This document shows positions 14,081 to 26,216 of a DNA stretch of 64,000 bases, in pieces. Source of the DNA: Ramazzottius varieornatus. Taxonomy: Eukaryota > Animalia > Tardigrada. Numbering within the stretch: the stretch's first letter is position 1; every line of letters starts with the position of its first letter. A program made the position numbers and the translations under genes. The notes under the pieces were generated by a model. It was not told the DNA's origin. It saw only the letters and a list, made by a program, of their open reading frames with translations, and did no database searches. Location of the stretch: positions 6,485,591-6,549,590 of the forward strand of contig BDGG01000001.1 of the NCBI GenBank assembly GCA_001949185.1, written 5' to 3'.

Positions 14081-17000
14081 TCACAGTTTGCTCTTTGGCG
14101 GTCTCCCTCTGCCAGAAGCGCCACTGGTGATGAGGCTGCTTTTCTTGACGTCCGTCGGCTCCGTTTCAGCCACAGAGACGTTTGGCGCCACATCTTCCTT
14201 CTTTACACCTACCAGGCAAAGAAAGGGTAAGTGTTCACAATCGCGAAAGTCGAGCTAAATCTTCTTTCAATTTCTGACAGGAGAGAGTTGAATCAACTTC
14301 GACCTGAATCCTCGTTCGAACCTTGCAAGTCTTGCTGCAGTTCTTCGGATCGTTTCAGAATGTGGTAGCCGGTGGCCAGCCGATGAATCAACAGCTGGCT
14401 GATGAGCAACGTGTCGTTCAAACACTGCTCGTAGGCTTCAATCCGCGCAGCTCCAGTCAACGTCGCCGCACCCGTATGCAGCACATCTGAAAGACAGACC
14501 ATGCTATCTTCTGATCATTACCATGGTAAGCTGAAGTTTGATGCATCATAGCGAACGTACCTGGGTCGGTGAGATCAACCCCTTCGATGACCAAGCGAGC
14601 GAAACTCCCAAACTCATCTTCGACGGTCACCGTCTCCTTTCCGCTTTCCGATCCATCAAGCGGCAAGCCCAACCGTTCTACAAGAGAAATATCCCCCTGC
14701 TGTACATGCTCAAAATTACCCGCATCAACCACACGACATATCGCAGATCCCACCTAAAGCCGCGCTGTGTATCGAGGCAAAGTGAGGTGCTTTGAGCGGC
14801 AGCTCGATTGTCGGCTCGGGTACCGCTTCTTTCTTGCCTTTCTTTGACGGCCTGTCTGCTTTCCCCCTCTTCTCCTTGGCTGGCTCCTTACTGGCCGTCT
14901 CTTCACTTACTGCCGCTCGATCAGCGGTCGGAGTATGATCGACCACAATCGCGGGCAGACTGGCTGATGGTGGACCGATCAACTCTTGCTGAGGTCTCTC
15001 TTCGATTTTCGGCACGGTCGAGGCTGCCTGGGTCTTTTCTTTCTTCTTTCGTGGAGGAGCAGGGACTGGTCGGGCAGGAGCAGGCTCCTGAGGTTCGGCG
15101 GGACGTAGAAGGTGTTCCACTCTGATCAAGGCTGATTCGGAAGTGGGTGCTGCTCTTGGTTTCGGAGTAGCTTCGAGGGCAGGTTCTGCAGCTTTCGTTT
15201 CTTGGGCGACTTCCTTGCTTTTGCGAGCTTTCTTTGTCTTGGCTGGCTTGTCAAGCGCCAAGACTGACACGTACTTTTCCTCCTCGACCACGCCCTTTTT
15301 GGCATCCACCAGACCTAGAGACACAAAGCAGCCGGTGTGAAAATTTTGACAGTCTGGGACGTCGGCAAACAAATTCAGCCAGATCGTTACCTCAAGTGGC
15401 GCACAGTCTCCGTGTTTCTGGCGAAAACCGTGCGCCATTTGGGAAAACGATCAATTCATCTACCGAGCTCCATTTGCTATTCTCTGCAGCGGTAAGCCGT
15501 GAAAAATATTCTTACCTGTTGCTGGCGTAGTAGTGGTGGCTATGATACCTCCAGCGTCGCGGCTCGTCGGCGAAGCGCTTCCCGAAGTAGACTTGGCTTC
15601 TTCCACAGAAACCGTCAGTGCATCTTCGCCCTTCTTACTTCTTGACTTCTTTCTCTTCTTACTTTCACGAACTTGCTCCTCAGCTGGCTTTTCCTGTGCC
15701 TGAACAACGACTGCACTATCCACTTCTTCCACCTTTAGGGTAACGACCTCCACCACGTTGGCAGCAACTCCACTCTGCTCACTAGGCTTCACTTCCGGCG
15801 CGTCACTTTTCACTTTCTTCTTGTCCACCTTCCCTTTCCCCTTACCGCTCTTTGACTTTCTCGGCTTGACTTCCTCCCCAGCGAGCCGATCAGTGTCCCC
15901 AGCACTTTCTTTCGAAGTACTGGGAACTTTCTCGGCCTCCTTGGCAGGCGCGGAACTTCTGGCCACATCTGAACTCTCTTCCGGTATCGTCTTCAGTGGC
16001 GACTTCTCCCTCGGCACCGTTTCACCCGCTGATTTTGACTTCTTCATTTCAGGTACCGTGTCTTCCACCGCTGGTCGAGTCGCCGCAGCAGAAGGAACCC
16101 TCGCTCGCTTCGGCACTTCCGGTACAGCCAGTGCGGACGTGCTGTCCGACCTCGACCGTTTCCTTTGGGCTTTCGCCGTCTCGGCTGTTTCCACTTTAAC
16201 CTTGTCTTCTTCTGAAGCAAGAATGCCTTTGCTAGGAAGGGTGCTTTCAGGGACTGCTTCGGGGTGTTCGGATGTAGCGGACGTGGTCGACGCGGTGTCG
16301 GCCATAGAGTGGTCGTTGGAAGGGGACAGGTTCATGGCTTTGTCCAGTTGGGCGCGGTAAGTACTCCATTCTGCACGGCGAAGCGGCGCGCGGATCTTGG
16401 ACAGCTGAGAAGAATTCAACGTGCTCGGGCCCACTTCGGTCAGGCTGACGACACCCGTGATGGCAGCCAACGGTACCCATTCATCGTACCTGTAATACGT
16501 AAAATAACTTGTAGCAAGATTGACAAGTCCAGACTGACTGCTAGTGTCCCATACTTGCAAGCACCAACGACTAGGAATGAGACTGACCGATAAAAACGCC
16601 TCGCGCGTGATACAGTGTACGACAAAATAAACCGTTAAAAATGGGTGTTGGATGGAACCAGATGGATGAAGCCAATGAAATTTGCGCATGTAGCAAAATA
16701 TAATTCTCATTGGCCGAGTCGTAAATAATTTCCAGCTGCAATATCACGCCCAGTTTTAACGGTTAATTTTGTCGTACACTGTATCGTACGTCCTTAGGGG
16801 TAGTTTTACACAAAATGAAAGTCGACGCTTGACTATTTTCTTCCACCAATTACGCATCGTTTCGAAAATATATTACCGTTTATTCCAGCCTTCATAGTGG
16901 ACGTAAAACGCCACATTGCCCACATTGTCGACAATTCTGGCTGGGTACGCTATGGGTACCGGTCCCTTCTTCACCTTCCTGTACAAGACGGTGACGATGG

Positions 17001-20000
17001 CTCCTGGCTTCAACACCGACGGATCCGTTCTACAACCAGAAGCCCGCTTTCAAAATCGACCATTCTGTTACATGGAAGCCTGGCAAACAAAACTCGAGAA
17101 AATTGTTTTCCCAAGTGGCGCACACTATCGATATGAATGCCTGATAGCGTGCGCCACTTGGACCACTTGATACACATCCTCAGTATGACAGTATCACAGA
17201 CTCGAGGTCGAGTTCGCCTGCCGAGCTGCCATACGGTGTAACTGAGTAGTAAGTACGCTGCCTCACATCTGGGGAGTATCAGGCACAGCCTTGTCTCGCA
17301 TGGCCATCCAGCCCGCGTCGCCCGCAGGTGCCACGTCTCCACTCTCCTCTGAGATGCTCCTGTCGACCTTAGACGTTGAAGCTATGCTTTCTCCTGGCCC
17401 TTCCTCAACCGGTACATCCGAGGTCGAAGTTGGAGCCTTACTTCTCTTGGCTTTCGGCTCGTTTACCGAGAGAATCAAACGACCATCGGCTGTCGTGTTG
17501 AGTTCCCTTGCCACGCTGGCTGGTGGCCGTCCTCGGCGCTTCTTCCCGCCTTGTTGTGGACTGGTCGGTCGCTTTTTCGGCACGGGACTGTGAGATAAAG
17601 ACTCAAAGTGGTCTGGTGGTGGAACCGAATTCCTTGACTCTTGTGTAGTGTAGCGTTTCCGCCCGAGGCGGATGTCGGTGACGCTGGAACCGAGGGAACG
17701 GTAGATGCTTTCGAAACCACCGTGCCCATGAAGATACCTGATGAGGAAAATGATATAATTCTGGGGATATTCTAATATCCAAAAACGCGTTATGGACCAT
17801 GCTTTATATTACATTCTCACACCGTTGGACTCTGTCTGAATTATTTTTTATCAATTAGGAGCTCGGAAAACAATTCGACATAATCGTTTCCCAAGTGGCG
17901 CACGTTTCCAGCGTTGTCGACTGACTGCATGCGCCCCTTGGAAAAAAATTATCTGCCTCGCGCCTGCAGAATTCTGATGATCTTTGGATAGATCCTGTAT
18001 TATTCAAAATCATGATGTTTTACAGAATTTTTGGCGGCGTACTTTTGGTAAATTTCTTTCAGGACAGGTGCGCTTGTCCCCTGCATTGCGAACCCCAATT
18101 CCTCCCTGATATCTTCCCACTTATTCTCCTGGTTGCACTTGTTATAACCTCCGGCGTTATGGACCGCCTTGTACAGTTTGTACATGTCCACCGGCTTGTC
18201 TTCAACCATGGCGGCGTTGTCGTACGGATGTCCACGTTCGTCCGACCATTTAATGAACTGGATCATGAAGCGGTTAGCCTCCGACTCTTCCTCGTCGTCA
18301 TCCCTGGTGGACGCCGCATCCTCGTTGCCGTCTTCACTGCTCTCCCGCGGAGCTTCCACCGGAAGAAACATGCTGGTGGACCATGTGGGCGGTAGAATCT
18401 GCTCGCGGAAGAAGAGTAGGGCCGAATCCGACTTGAGGACGCGATCTTCGTCTGGAAAAGTGTAGACACCTTCGTGGAACAGCTTCACCTGGTCCCTTCG
18501 AGCCTGTAAAATAATTAATACTCAAAACATCAGTGCATAAAATCCTAAATCGCCACACATACTCGTTAAGAACGTTCTTCCGAGTGGCGCACGTCGTGAC
18601 CTAGTAACACTGAGAATAATCGCCACTTAGGAAGACAATAAAAAAACATTTTTCTGGTGGCGCACGCGTCGGCCAGAATAACTGAACACGTGCGCCACTT
18701 GGCAAAACAACAATAATAATATCATGGAGCTTGCGTGCTAAGCTTCTAAGTGAAGACAGTGGGAGACCTTACCTTAATGTATGAGGAATTGCTGAAGAGT
18801 CTGATGAGTACTTCGTTTCCATCAGTTACTTTAGACTTCTTTCTCGATTCAGGATGAACGACGACGCCAGGCAGCCACTTGCACTTCTTCCGTCCATTCT
18901 GCAGGACGCAGACGACCGTCTTAACTGGATACTCTTCTTGTAATGTCGGTCCTTTGGCCCCAGTTGCGTCGCTTGACGTCGCCGCTGCAGCCGGAACCAC
19001 TTCTTCTTTCAGTGGCTCCCTCGGTTCGGGTTTGACAGTCCCGTTCGCAGGTGGATGAAGACGAGCTGCTGGTACTTCCGGCGTGGTTTCACTGTCACCT
19101 AGCCGTCTTCTCGGCGACGTCCTTGCAGTTTCCTTCTCGGTGTCTTTCTGCGCTCTCGTAGCTGCCGAAGGAACATCCAGCGTGGGTTTGACTGTTGACT
19201 CTGGAGCGCTGGCAGCGTTGACCTCGGTCTCGTCTGTTTCTTTCGTACTTCCGGTTGCGTTCACTTCTTTGGATATGGCTTCTTCTGCCGCGAGAGCCTT
19301 AGCGGCTTTACTTTTATTCGAAGGTGGCCGACCAACTCTTCTTTTCACTTGTGGTTGGACTACTTGTGTCAATTCTATACGGTCCCTTTCCGGTTTCACG
19401 TCAGCTGGTGTTGCAACAGCTTCATCTTTAAGCTTTTCTACCTCTTTCGCTTTCTCCGGTTCAGAGGCTTTTGAGGTGGAGGGAGCGTTGAGGTCGGTGG
19501 ACTCGTCCATCGAGACTATGTCTTTAAGAGAAGACTGTGAGGAATCTGACTCGTCCACTTTAGGAAGGCGCTCTTTGCGTCCATTGTTGGAAGTGGAAGT
19601 GTAAGTTACTGGTCGACGTTGCCTTACTGAACGACGGACAGACTCCACGTCTGAACTGTCATCCGTCTCACCACTGACAATAGAGTCGTTCCTACCTGAT
19701 CGCTTCTTGCTTGGCGCATCCTCTGCGGCACCTGCAACGAAAGTACAGAAGGAACACACCTCAAGACTGGGCAAAATGCGAAGGAAACCAACGAGCTCGA
19801 TCAATTCGCGCATGATATCACGTATCATGCCACACGTATAATTACACCACGTGAAAGTGACGTTAACTGATATTATATACGCACATCTTGATACACCACG
19901 TGCAGTTTCAGGATTAGTGTACGCAAACAGCACGTGGTGGATTACATCATTAGAATTCTATCAGACCATTTTGCTTTACCTGATGTGGAAGCAGCCATCT

Positions 20001-20406
20001 TTTCGGGTTGAGTTAACGGAAGATTATCCAGGGAAATACTCTGATCGAAGTGTTTACCACTCTTCAGCAACAGCGAATTTCTCTTGAGCTTCTTCTCATC
20101 ACCATCATTGAAATCGACGACATACGTGGAGAAGTCAGTTGACTGCAGAACGATGACTTGGAGGGTAGCCTCGGTGGTTGGATGGCGCACGGTGACTTCG
20201 CCGTCAACGCGTATATCTTTCAGCTCCGTGATGATGTTGGGACTTCTCACAGTAAAGACGTCTCCTTCTGGAACGGGTCGCACTCTGAGCTTGACGTCGG
20301 GAGTGAGAGATCGGATCTTGGCCTCGCAGAAGGCCCCGTTGAAACGAGCGCTAACTTCTGTCCCCAGCACCAAAACGACTGGCTCATCCTTACTCTGTGG
20401 AGGCAT
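14081..20406 (-). CDS. ARID4: ARID4A/B (RBBP1 / hat-trick)-like chromatin protein
   Basis: About 10 exons (20406-19980, 19731-18773, 18503-18043, 17737-17267, 17029-16877, 16489-15516, 15314-14754, 14677-14561, 14486-~14300, 14208-14081). Tudor GTEVSARFNGAFCEAKI, RBB1NT/PWWP-like WLPGVVV, ARID KPVDMYKLYKAVHNAGGY, chromo-barrel FYVHYEGWNKR|YDEW. The last donor site is uncertain. Confidence 0.85.
15391..18705. repeat. Intronic palindrome family, five copies in ARID4 introns
   Basis: CCAAGTGGCGCAC-N24/25-GTGCGCCACTTGG at ~15391, 17111, 17891, 18581, 18653. Confidence 0.8.
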
Positions 20407-21020
20407 CCTCCGTTCGGCCACACTTGCAAATCTTCACTCTGAAGCTTTGAGTTTCACCGACAAACTGAAAGTCACCAGGTGAGAAAACGGCGACAGCGAA
20501 AACCAGAGACAGAGGGGGAAAACTGGAAATTAAAAACCAAAATGGGGGGAACGAGAATGCAAAAGTAAAAAACAATGCCCCCCTCCCCCCTAGAGCTGTA
20601 ATGCGCGGAGCCAAAGTCCCCAGGAAAAGTGGCCGCCCTGGGACGGGGTGGAGCTGCGCATGCGCAGAGTATAAGTGCAGCCAATGAATCCCTCGCGCCC
20701 GTATTAAGTCATAAAAGTGAGCAGTGGATCACACGGGGCCTACGGGCTCCAAAATCAATGCATTCCCCCATCCACTCGCGCACCTCGCACGCTAATTGGA
20801 CCCACTTCTGCGCCACTTTACCGTTTCTCATCACCCTCGTGAACTTGCGCGTCGAGATAGCTAAGGCCTAACGTGAATGTATGCCAGAACAGCAAACAGA
20901 TCAGTATACAAGACTGTATAAAACGACGCTTCGCAAGTCAGCAATTCTCGAAGGTGTAACAGAACAAAGCTGGTTAGCTAGAAGACAACGGTCCTAAGCT
21001 TCCTGGAATTTTGCGCTAGT

Positions 21021-21560
21021 TTATCCGGCCATTCTTCCTTTCTTGCGTTCTCCACCACCAGTCGAGGCCTTCTCACCCTTGTCCTGAGCCATGGCCGAAC
21101 CCCCCGTCTTCTTGGGTAGCAGCGTTGGTGCGATGTTGGGCAAGACACTACGTTGAGCGATAGCCACTCCAGGCAGAAGTGCGTTCAACTGCAGAGAGAA
21201 CAAGGGGCATTTTCGAATTAGTCAAGCAATCGTTAGTATATAGAAGAGATATTGATTGGGCAAAAACAAGCTAACCTCTTCGCCGTTTCGCACAGCGAGC
21301 TGGAAACGACGGGGAATAACGCGAGACTACTTGTTATCGTGGGCAGCGTTTCCAGCCAGGTGCAGGACTTCGGCAGCGAGGTACTAGAGGACGGCAGCAG
21401 GTAGACGGAAGCTCCAGCACCGATTCATACAGCGTAGTTTCTCTTGCGAGCATACGAAGGATGCGACCGACGAGACACTCCAGCAAGTCCAGCGCGGCTA
21501 GAGCGGCACGTGGACGTGGTCTTTCCCTTGACTTTGCCTCCTTTTCCGTCTCCATCCAGA
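21021..21560 (-). pseudogene. Histone H2A pseudogene with an intron
   Basis: H2A segments (RSSRAGL, VGRILRML, YLAAEVLHLAGNAAHDNK, FQLAVRNGEE|LNALLPGVAIAQRSVLPNI..LLPKKT) broken by frameshifts and stops; GT-AG intron 21189-21275. Confidence 0.8.
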
Positions 21561-21942
21561 ACTGTTCTGAAAAGGAAGCACAGCAGGAACGGATAGAAGA
21601 AGATCAGAAGACATCACCAAAATGTTTACAAAAATTCGGAATAAAACTTTTTCGTCGAAGATAGCAGACTGTAGGGGGCAAAACGTGACGTCAGCTTGTC
21701 ATCCTGATGGGACAACTGCTTCTTTCACGACCGAATATCAATTTTGCAGGAGACGGCTCGCCAAACGTCGAGCAACACGACCAGGTGACCGCCGATTACT
21801 TCAAGGTTGATTTGATCAAGTAATCAAGTGTGTGTCCGATTTGCTGATCGCTCTCGAGCGCACAGGGTGGTGGGTAGACTCGTGAAAATGTGAACCGTCC
21901 AAACTTAAAATGGGGCGTTCGAACTGTCACATCTCGGTGGTA

Positions 21943-23227
21943 TCAGGTGATAAGGTATGACTTGTCGGCCACCAACATAAAATTTTATTACAACTTTCCC
22001 CAGTTTGAATCTAATCCTTTTTAATCGAAGTATTCACCATTACTATCGACACACTTTTGCCATTTTTCCGGTAGACAAGATAGGCCTTTACGGAAGAACT
22101 CGAGAGAAAGAGAACCGGCGAAGTTCTCGAAGACACTTTTCACAGCTTCTTCGGAATTAAATTTTCTTCCTCTCAAAAAGTTATCAAAATTCAAAAAGAA
22201 GTGATAATCTGTTGGAGCTAAGTCAGGACTGTATGATGGATGAGGAAGAGTTTCCAGACCGAGCTCGCGTAATTTGGCAGAAGTCTTTTTCGCGGAGTGA
22301 GCTTTTGCGTTGTCGTGTAGCAGCAGGGGCTTGTCACGATTGACCAACTTTGGTTGCTTGACGGTCAGCTTCTTCATCATTTCTTCCAGTTCCAGAGAGT
22401 AGTAGTCTGCTACTATTGTTTTGCCAGGAGGAAGAAAGTCATAGTGCACTATCCCTTCCATTGTCCACTAAACAGTAACCATGATCTTGCGTTGGTGAGG
22501 CTCAGGCTTTGGAATAGTTTTCGGGACTTCACCTGGGCTCAAAATTACCTTCTTCCGCTTCCGGTTGTTGTAAAGAATCCACTTCTCATCACACGTAACA
22601 ATTCGATGAAGGAAAGGTTCGTTTCTGGAACGGTTGAGGAGAGAAAGACACACGTCCACCCGGTGCCTTTTCTGGAGTGCGCTAAGTTCATGAGGTACCC
22701 ACTTTTCCAACTTTTTAACCTTACCGATCTGACGAAGGTTCAAATCGATAGTCACGGGTGATACGTTGAAGTGTTGAGACAATACGGCAGACGTTTGGGA
22801 AGGATCGGACTCCACCAGCTCTCTCAGCTCGTCGTTGTTCACTTTCAGTTTTGGCCTTCCGTGAGGGTGATCTTCGAGACTAAAATCTCCCGAACGGAGA
22901 CGAGCATACCATCGTTCCACCGTACGTTCGTTAGTGGCGTCTTCACCAAACACATTGTTGGTATTCCGAACTGTCTGTGCTGCGTTGGTGCCGCGACGAA
23001 ATTCATACTCGAAAATAGTCCGTAACTTGCTCTTGTCCATGGGCGCGCCAATAACTCCACAGAGAGGGCAGAAGCAACAAACTAACATAAACGAAGCAGC
23101 GAAAGATAGTAGACGAACACTAGCATCGACACAAAAAAAACGAGACGAAACGATCGCGCTAAAAGAGAGATATGGATTTTTCAATGTGAGACTGGTGTGA
23201 GCCGACAAGTCATACCTTATCACCTGA
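21943..23227 (-). mobile_element. Full-length mariner (DD34D) element, 1285 bp
   Basis: Perfect 27-bp TIRs TCAGGTGATAAGGTATGACTTGTCGGC; TA target duplication at 21941-21942 and 23228-23229. Confidence 0.95.
22021..23040 (-). pseudogene. Mariner transposase with one in-frame stop
   Basis: MDKSKLR start at 23040; WVPHEL, TCDEKW, HDNA, YSPDLAPTDYHFF motifs; single TAG at 22468-22470 in the conserved VWW position. Confidence 0.92.
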
Positions 23228-23706
23228 TAGAACCGTAATTATATTTCAGTTAGCGTGGGGCGACTGGCATCCGCCGAGTCCGAATACCCACCCAGTCCTC
23301 GGCGCGTGGAGTCTTCAGTCGAGGAGGACCGTGGCGCTGGTGCATCCGTCCCGAAATTTTTATCTAATTAGAGATTCCTCTACCTATCGCACCGGCGCCC
23401 GGATGGATATAGAGAACTGCACCATTTTGCTGTCGACAAATGCGATTTCAGTTCTTTAAGTCCATCCGAAGGGCAGGGCTTTCGCCCATCCCTTCTATCG
23501 AGGCTCAGCTTTCGCTGAACCCTTCCGCTACTGTCGAATTAGGGTTATGAGACGCAGTGAGGGACAAGACTTTCGTCCACCTCATATCTAGAGTTTAGCT
23601 TCGCTGATCCCTTCATTTCACTTCCGCCTTCGGTAAACAACTTTGTCTCATTTTTACTATTCTACGTTCGAGGGTCTAAAATCGGATAAAACGGTACGTA
23701 TCTACT

Positions 23707-24936
23707 CTAAGAGATAAAACGCCTGATCACATCATTCGAAGACCTCTCTCGAACGTTGAAGCAGAAAGACATTAAACAGGCTATATTTTTTTCAGTCAGT
23801 GAACCCCGCCTTGAACCAAGAAACGTATGCATATAGCTAAAGCCTCTTTCCACCTCAACTGAGTTAACCGTCAACCAGATGTTAAGCAACGCGATTCTTG
23901 ACAGATTTGGGAAATCTTCTGCCATTTTCTTCCAGTAGTCGTCTAAATCTACGATCTCTGGTCTGTGAAGTTCAGGAAAATCCTTTATCATTCTGATATA
24001 GTCTGCCCACTCTTCTGCTGTAACGTCCTTCACACACTTTAGATGACCTTTCCAGCGCTCTATGTCTTGGTGACTCAGATTGGAACGCTTGCTCCTGAGT
24101 GCGGCTGGACTGAAAATCTGAACGGCTTCGAGAAAACTTGCTCCTGGATGGCGAAGCGAAGGCTCGTTTGCAATGAGGTTTGAGAGTCGTTTCGAAGCCT
24201 TGCTCAATGCAGCTCGGAACTCACTCCTGGCATCATCGAAGTTTGTTGGTATGTCTCTGAACAGCTCACTTTCGGGAATGGATTTTGAATCCTGACAGTC
24301 GACTTTCGCCTGGCTGAAGAACTCCTGCATTTTTGAGACAGCTTGAAGAACGAAAGGAGCTGCGGGCAAGGAACTGGACTCGCACTTCGCAAGTTTTGAT
24401 TCCAGAGGGATTGCCAAAATTGCCAGTAGAATGAGCTGAAACTTCACCAATACGGACTGACGGTAGTCTCTGAGAAGAACCTTGAGTTCGCTGATGCACT
24501 GGGCTGCACTGTCCACCTCGTCGATAAACTCACTGAAGTGATCGAAGTACCGCAGCCAGTACTGTCCGCTCTTGAGCCACGTTGACCATCTACTTGCGAC
24601 GTAAAACACGGGTCTTGCTTTGAAGATACCTCTGTCTTCAAGAAAAAGCTGCCAAGCTAGAACCCGCTGATCGGAGTTGGCAAACAGCATCTTTGCCAAG
24701 GAAAGGAACTTATTGATTTGAGGCATGGAGTCTATGAAATCTTTGTGCACGTTGTTCCACATATGCGCAAAGCAGGTCATGTAGGTGGCGTTGGGAATCC
24801 TTGTCCGTAAGTACTGGTTGAACGCCCTCCTGTTTGCCGAATGTCCGTCACAGACGAACTCGATGCAGCTCTGGGCATCTAACTCGTAGAAGCCCATCAC
24901 GTACTTCATAAGGCGAGCTATGTACTTTCCATCCAT
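23707..24936 (-). CDS. hAT-like transposase (catalytic and dimerisation region; 5' part decayed)
   Basis: 409-aa ORF with CDG, TCFAHMWN (CxxH), SRWSTW and NSVEVERGFS motifs typical of hAT-type transposases. Element ends not found. Confidence 0.75.
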   Translation of the reverse strand: MDGKYIARLMKYVMGFYELDAQSCIEFVCDGHSANRRAFNQYLRTRIPNATYMTCFAHMWNNVHKDFIDSMPQINKFLSLAKMLFANSDQRVLAWQLFLEDRGIFKARPVFYVASRWSTWLKSGQYWLRYFDHFSEFIDEVDSAAQCISELKVLLRDYRQSVLVKFQLILLAILAIPLESKLAKCESSSLPAAPFVLQAVSKMQEFFSQAKVDCQDSKSIPESELFRDIPTNFDDARSEFRAALSKASKRLSNLIANEPSLRHPGASFLEAVQIFSPAALRSKRSNLSHQDIERWKGHLKCVKDVTAEEWADYIRMIKDFPELHRPEIVDLDDYWKKMAEDFPNLSRIALLNIWLTVNSVEVERGFSYMHTFLGSRRGSLTEKNIACLMSFCFNVRERSSNDVIRRFIS

Positions 24937-25328
24937 AGTCTCTCGGGAAATCTAGATCGACAAGCATGCCCTTCGCTGATCCTTCTAAGATGATAACGGT
25001 GGACATGCTTCTTTCTGAGGGGCTTTGTACGGATCTGAAGGTGAGCCACTAAGATCAAGCAGCGCGCAAACCTGAAGCGATGCAAGTTTAAGGTCTGAGT
25101 TCAGCTCCTTCCACTTCTAACCTTACTGTTTGAGTTTGCCAGCAGAAATGTGTGAAAGTCTCGTCGCAGTTCACACACTGATAGGTGCAGGTGGTAGGAT
25201 AACAGACTCCCGTCGCTGAGATCTTTCGTTTCTTTGACTAAAACACGGTCAGCTTTGTATTACTGGATTTACCAATAGCCAAAACTACTGAATTTCGCGA
25301 CAGTACCGCATTAAAACCGTTCTTATTA

Positions 25329-26216
25329 CTAAATGTAGTTACGTTGAAAGGAAGCAGCTACAACGTCTCTAACATGATGGCAGAATCTAATTCTAGGCTC
25401 TTGATCTAATGTTCCAATCAGCGGATCATTGTTGAAGCGCTGCAAATGTACCCCGTCACTACCGGGTTTCAACCCAGTGAGGATAAACTCTCCGCCAAAA
25501 CTTTCAACTAACGATCTCAACTTGACGCTGTAGTTGTCAACCAGATAGTTGATTTATCGGGCTTTCCAGGCGAAGCGAATCCGACTATAGTTCTCGTTGA
25601 CACCAAAGAAGTCCGTAGCGAACAAGCTACGGGAGAGATGACGGTGACTGACGAGGAAATCGTGGAAGGGTCGTAGCATGAAGTCCAGCATGCCGTCCCA
25701 CTCACTGTCAGTTTTGCGGGAGTTTGCAGGATGGTTGAAACGTTCGACGATGTCGTTTATCCCGAACGTAAAAATTACCCCGCGTTGACCGATTCCCATT
25801 CGGAGATAGATGTCCGCCATGAGTAGGACTTCGTATGACCCACCACCTGGCCACGAGCTAACGAAGACTGAAGAGCCATCAATCTGATTTACTTTGTAGA
25901 TGGCTGGTCTGACTGTTGAGTCGCCAAACCAACCAGCACGGTCTAGAGACGTACCGTGCTCTGCTCGCCTAACTTCCACATTTTGGCCTTTCAACCTAAC
26001 CAGCTGGGACACTGGCTCAGCCTCTTTTCGGTCAATAAACGGACGGGTCTGATGTTTTGAATGGCAGACACTATAGTGCCCACCGATAAATATCCCTGGA
26101 GGAGGGATGTCGTTGAACGGCAGCGATATGTCGCGATGATTCTGTAATCCAGAAATACAGTTATTCTCAGAAGACCTTTCGGGCAACTGAAAGATCAAAG
26201 ATGCAACGTCGTACAC
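25329..26216 (-). pseudogene. SGNH/GDSL hydrolase-like ORF with one frameshift
   Basis: Block I FGDS, block II SWPGG, block III FGIND; after a frameshift near 25555 the frame continues NYLVDNY...GSDGVHL (block V DxxH). Confidence 0.65.

Noticed and set aside
15516-16489. Dsup-like disordered Lys/Ala/Glu/Ser-rich protein
   Set aside because: It splices in frame with the chromo-barrel exon and is a linker of ARID4.
15391-18705. CRISPR-like reading of the repeat-spacer palindromes
   Set aside because: Copies are inverted-arm pairs dispersed in eukaryotic introns, not a direct-repeat array, and no cas genes are present.
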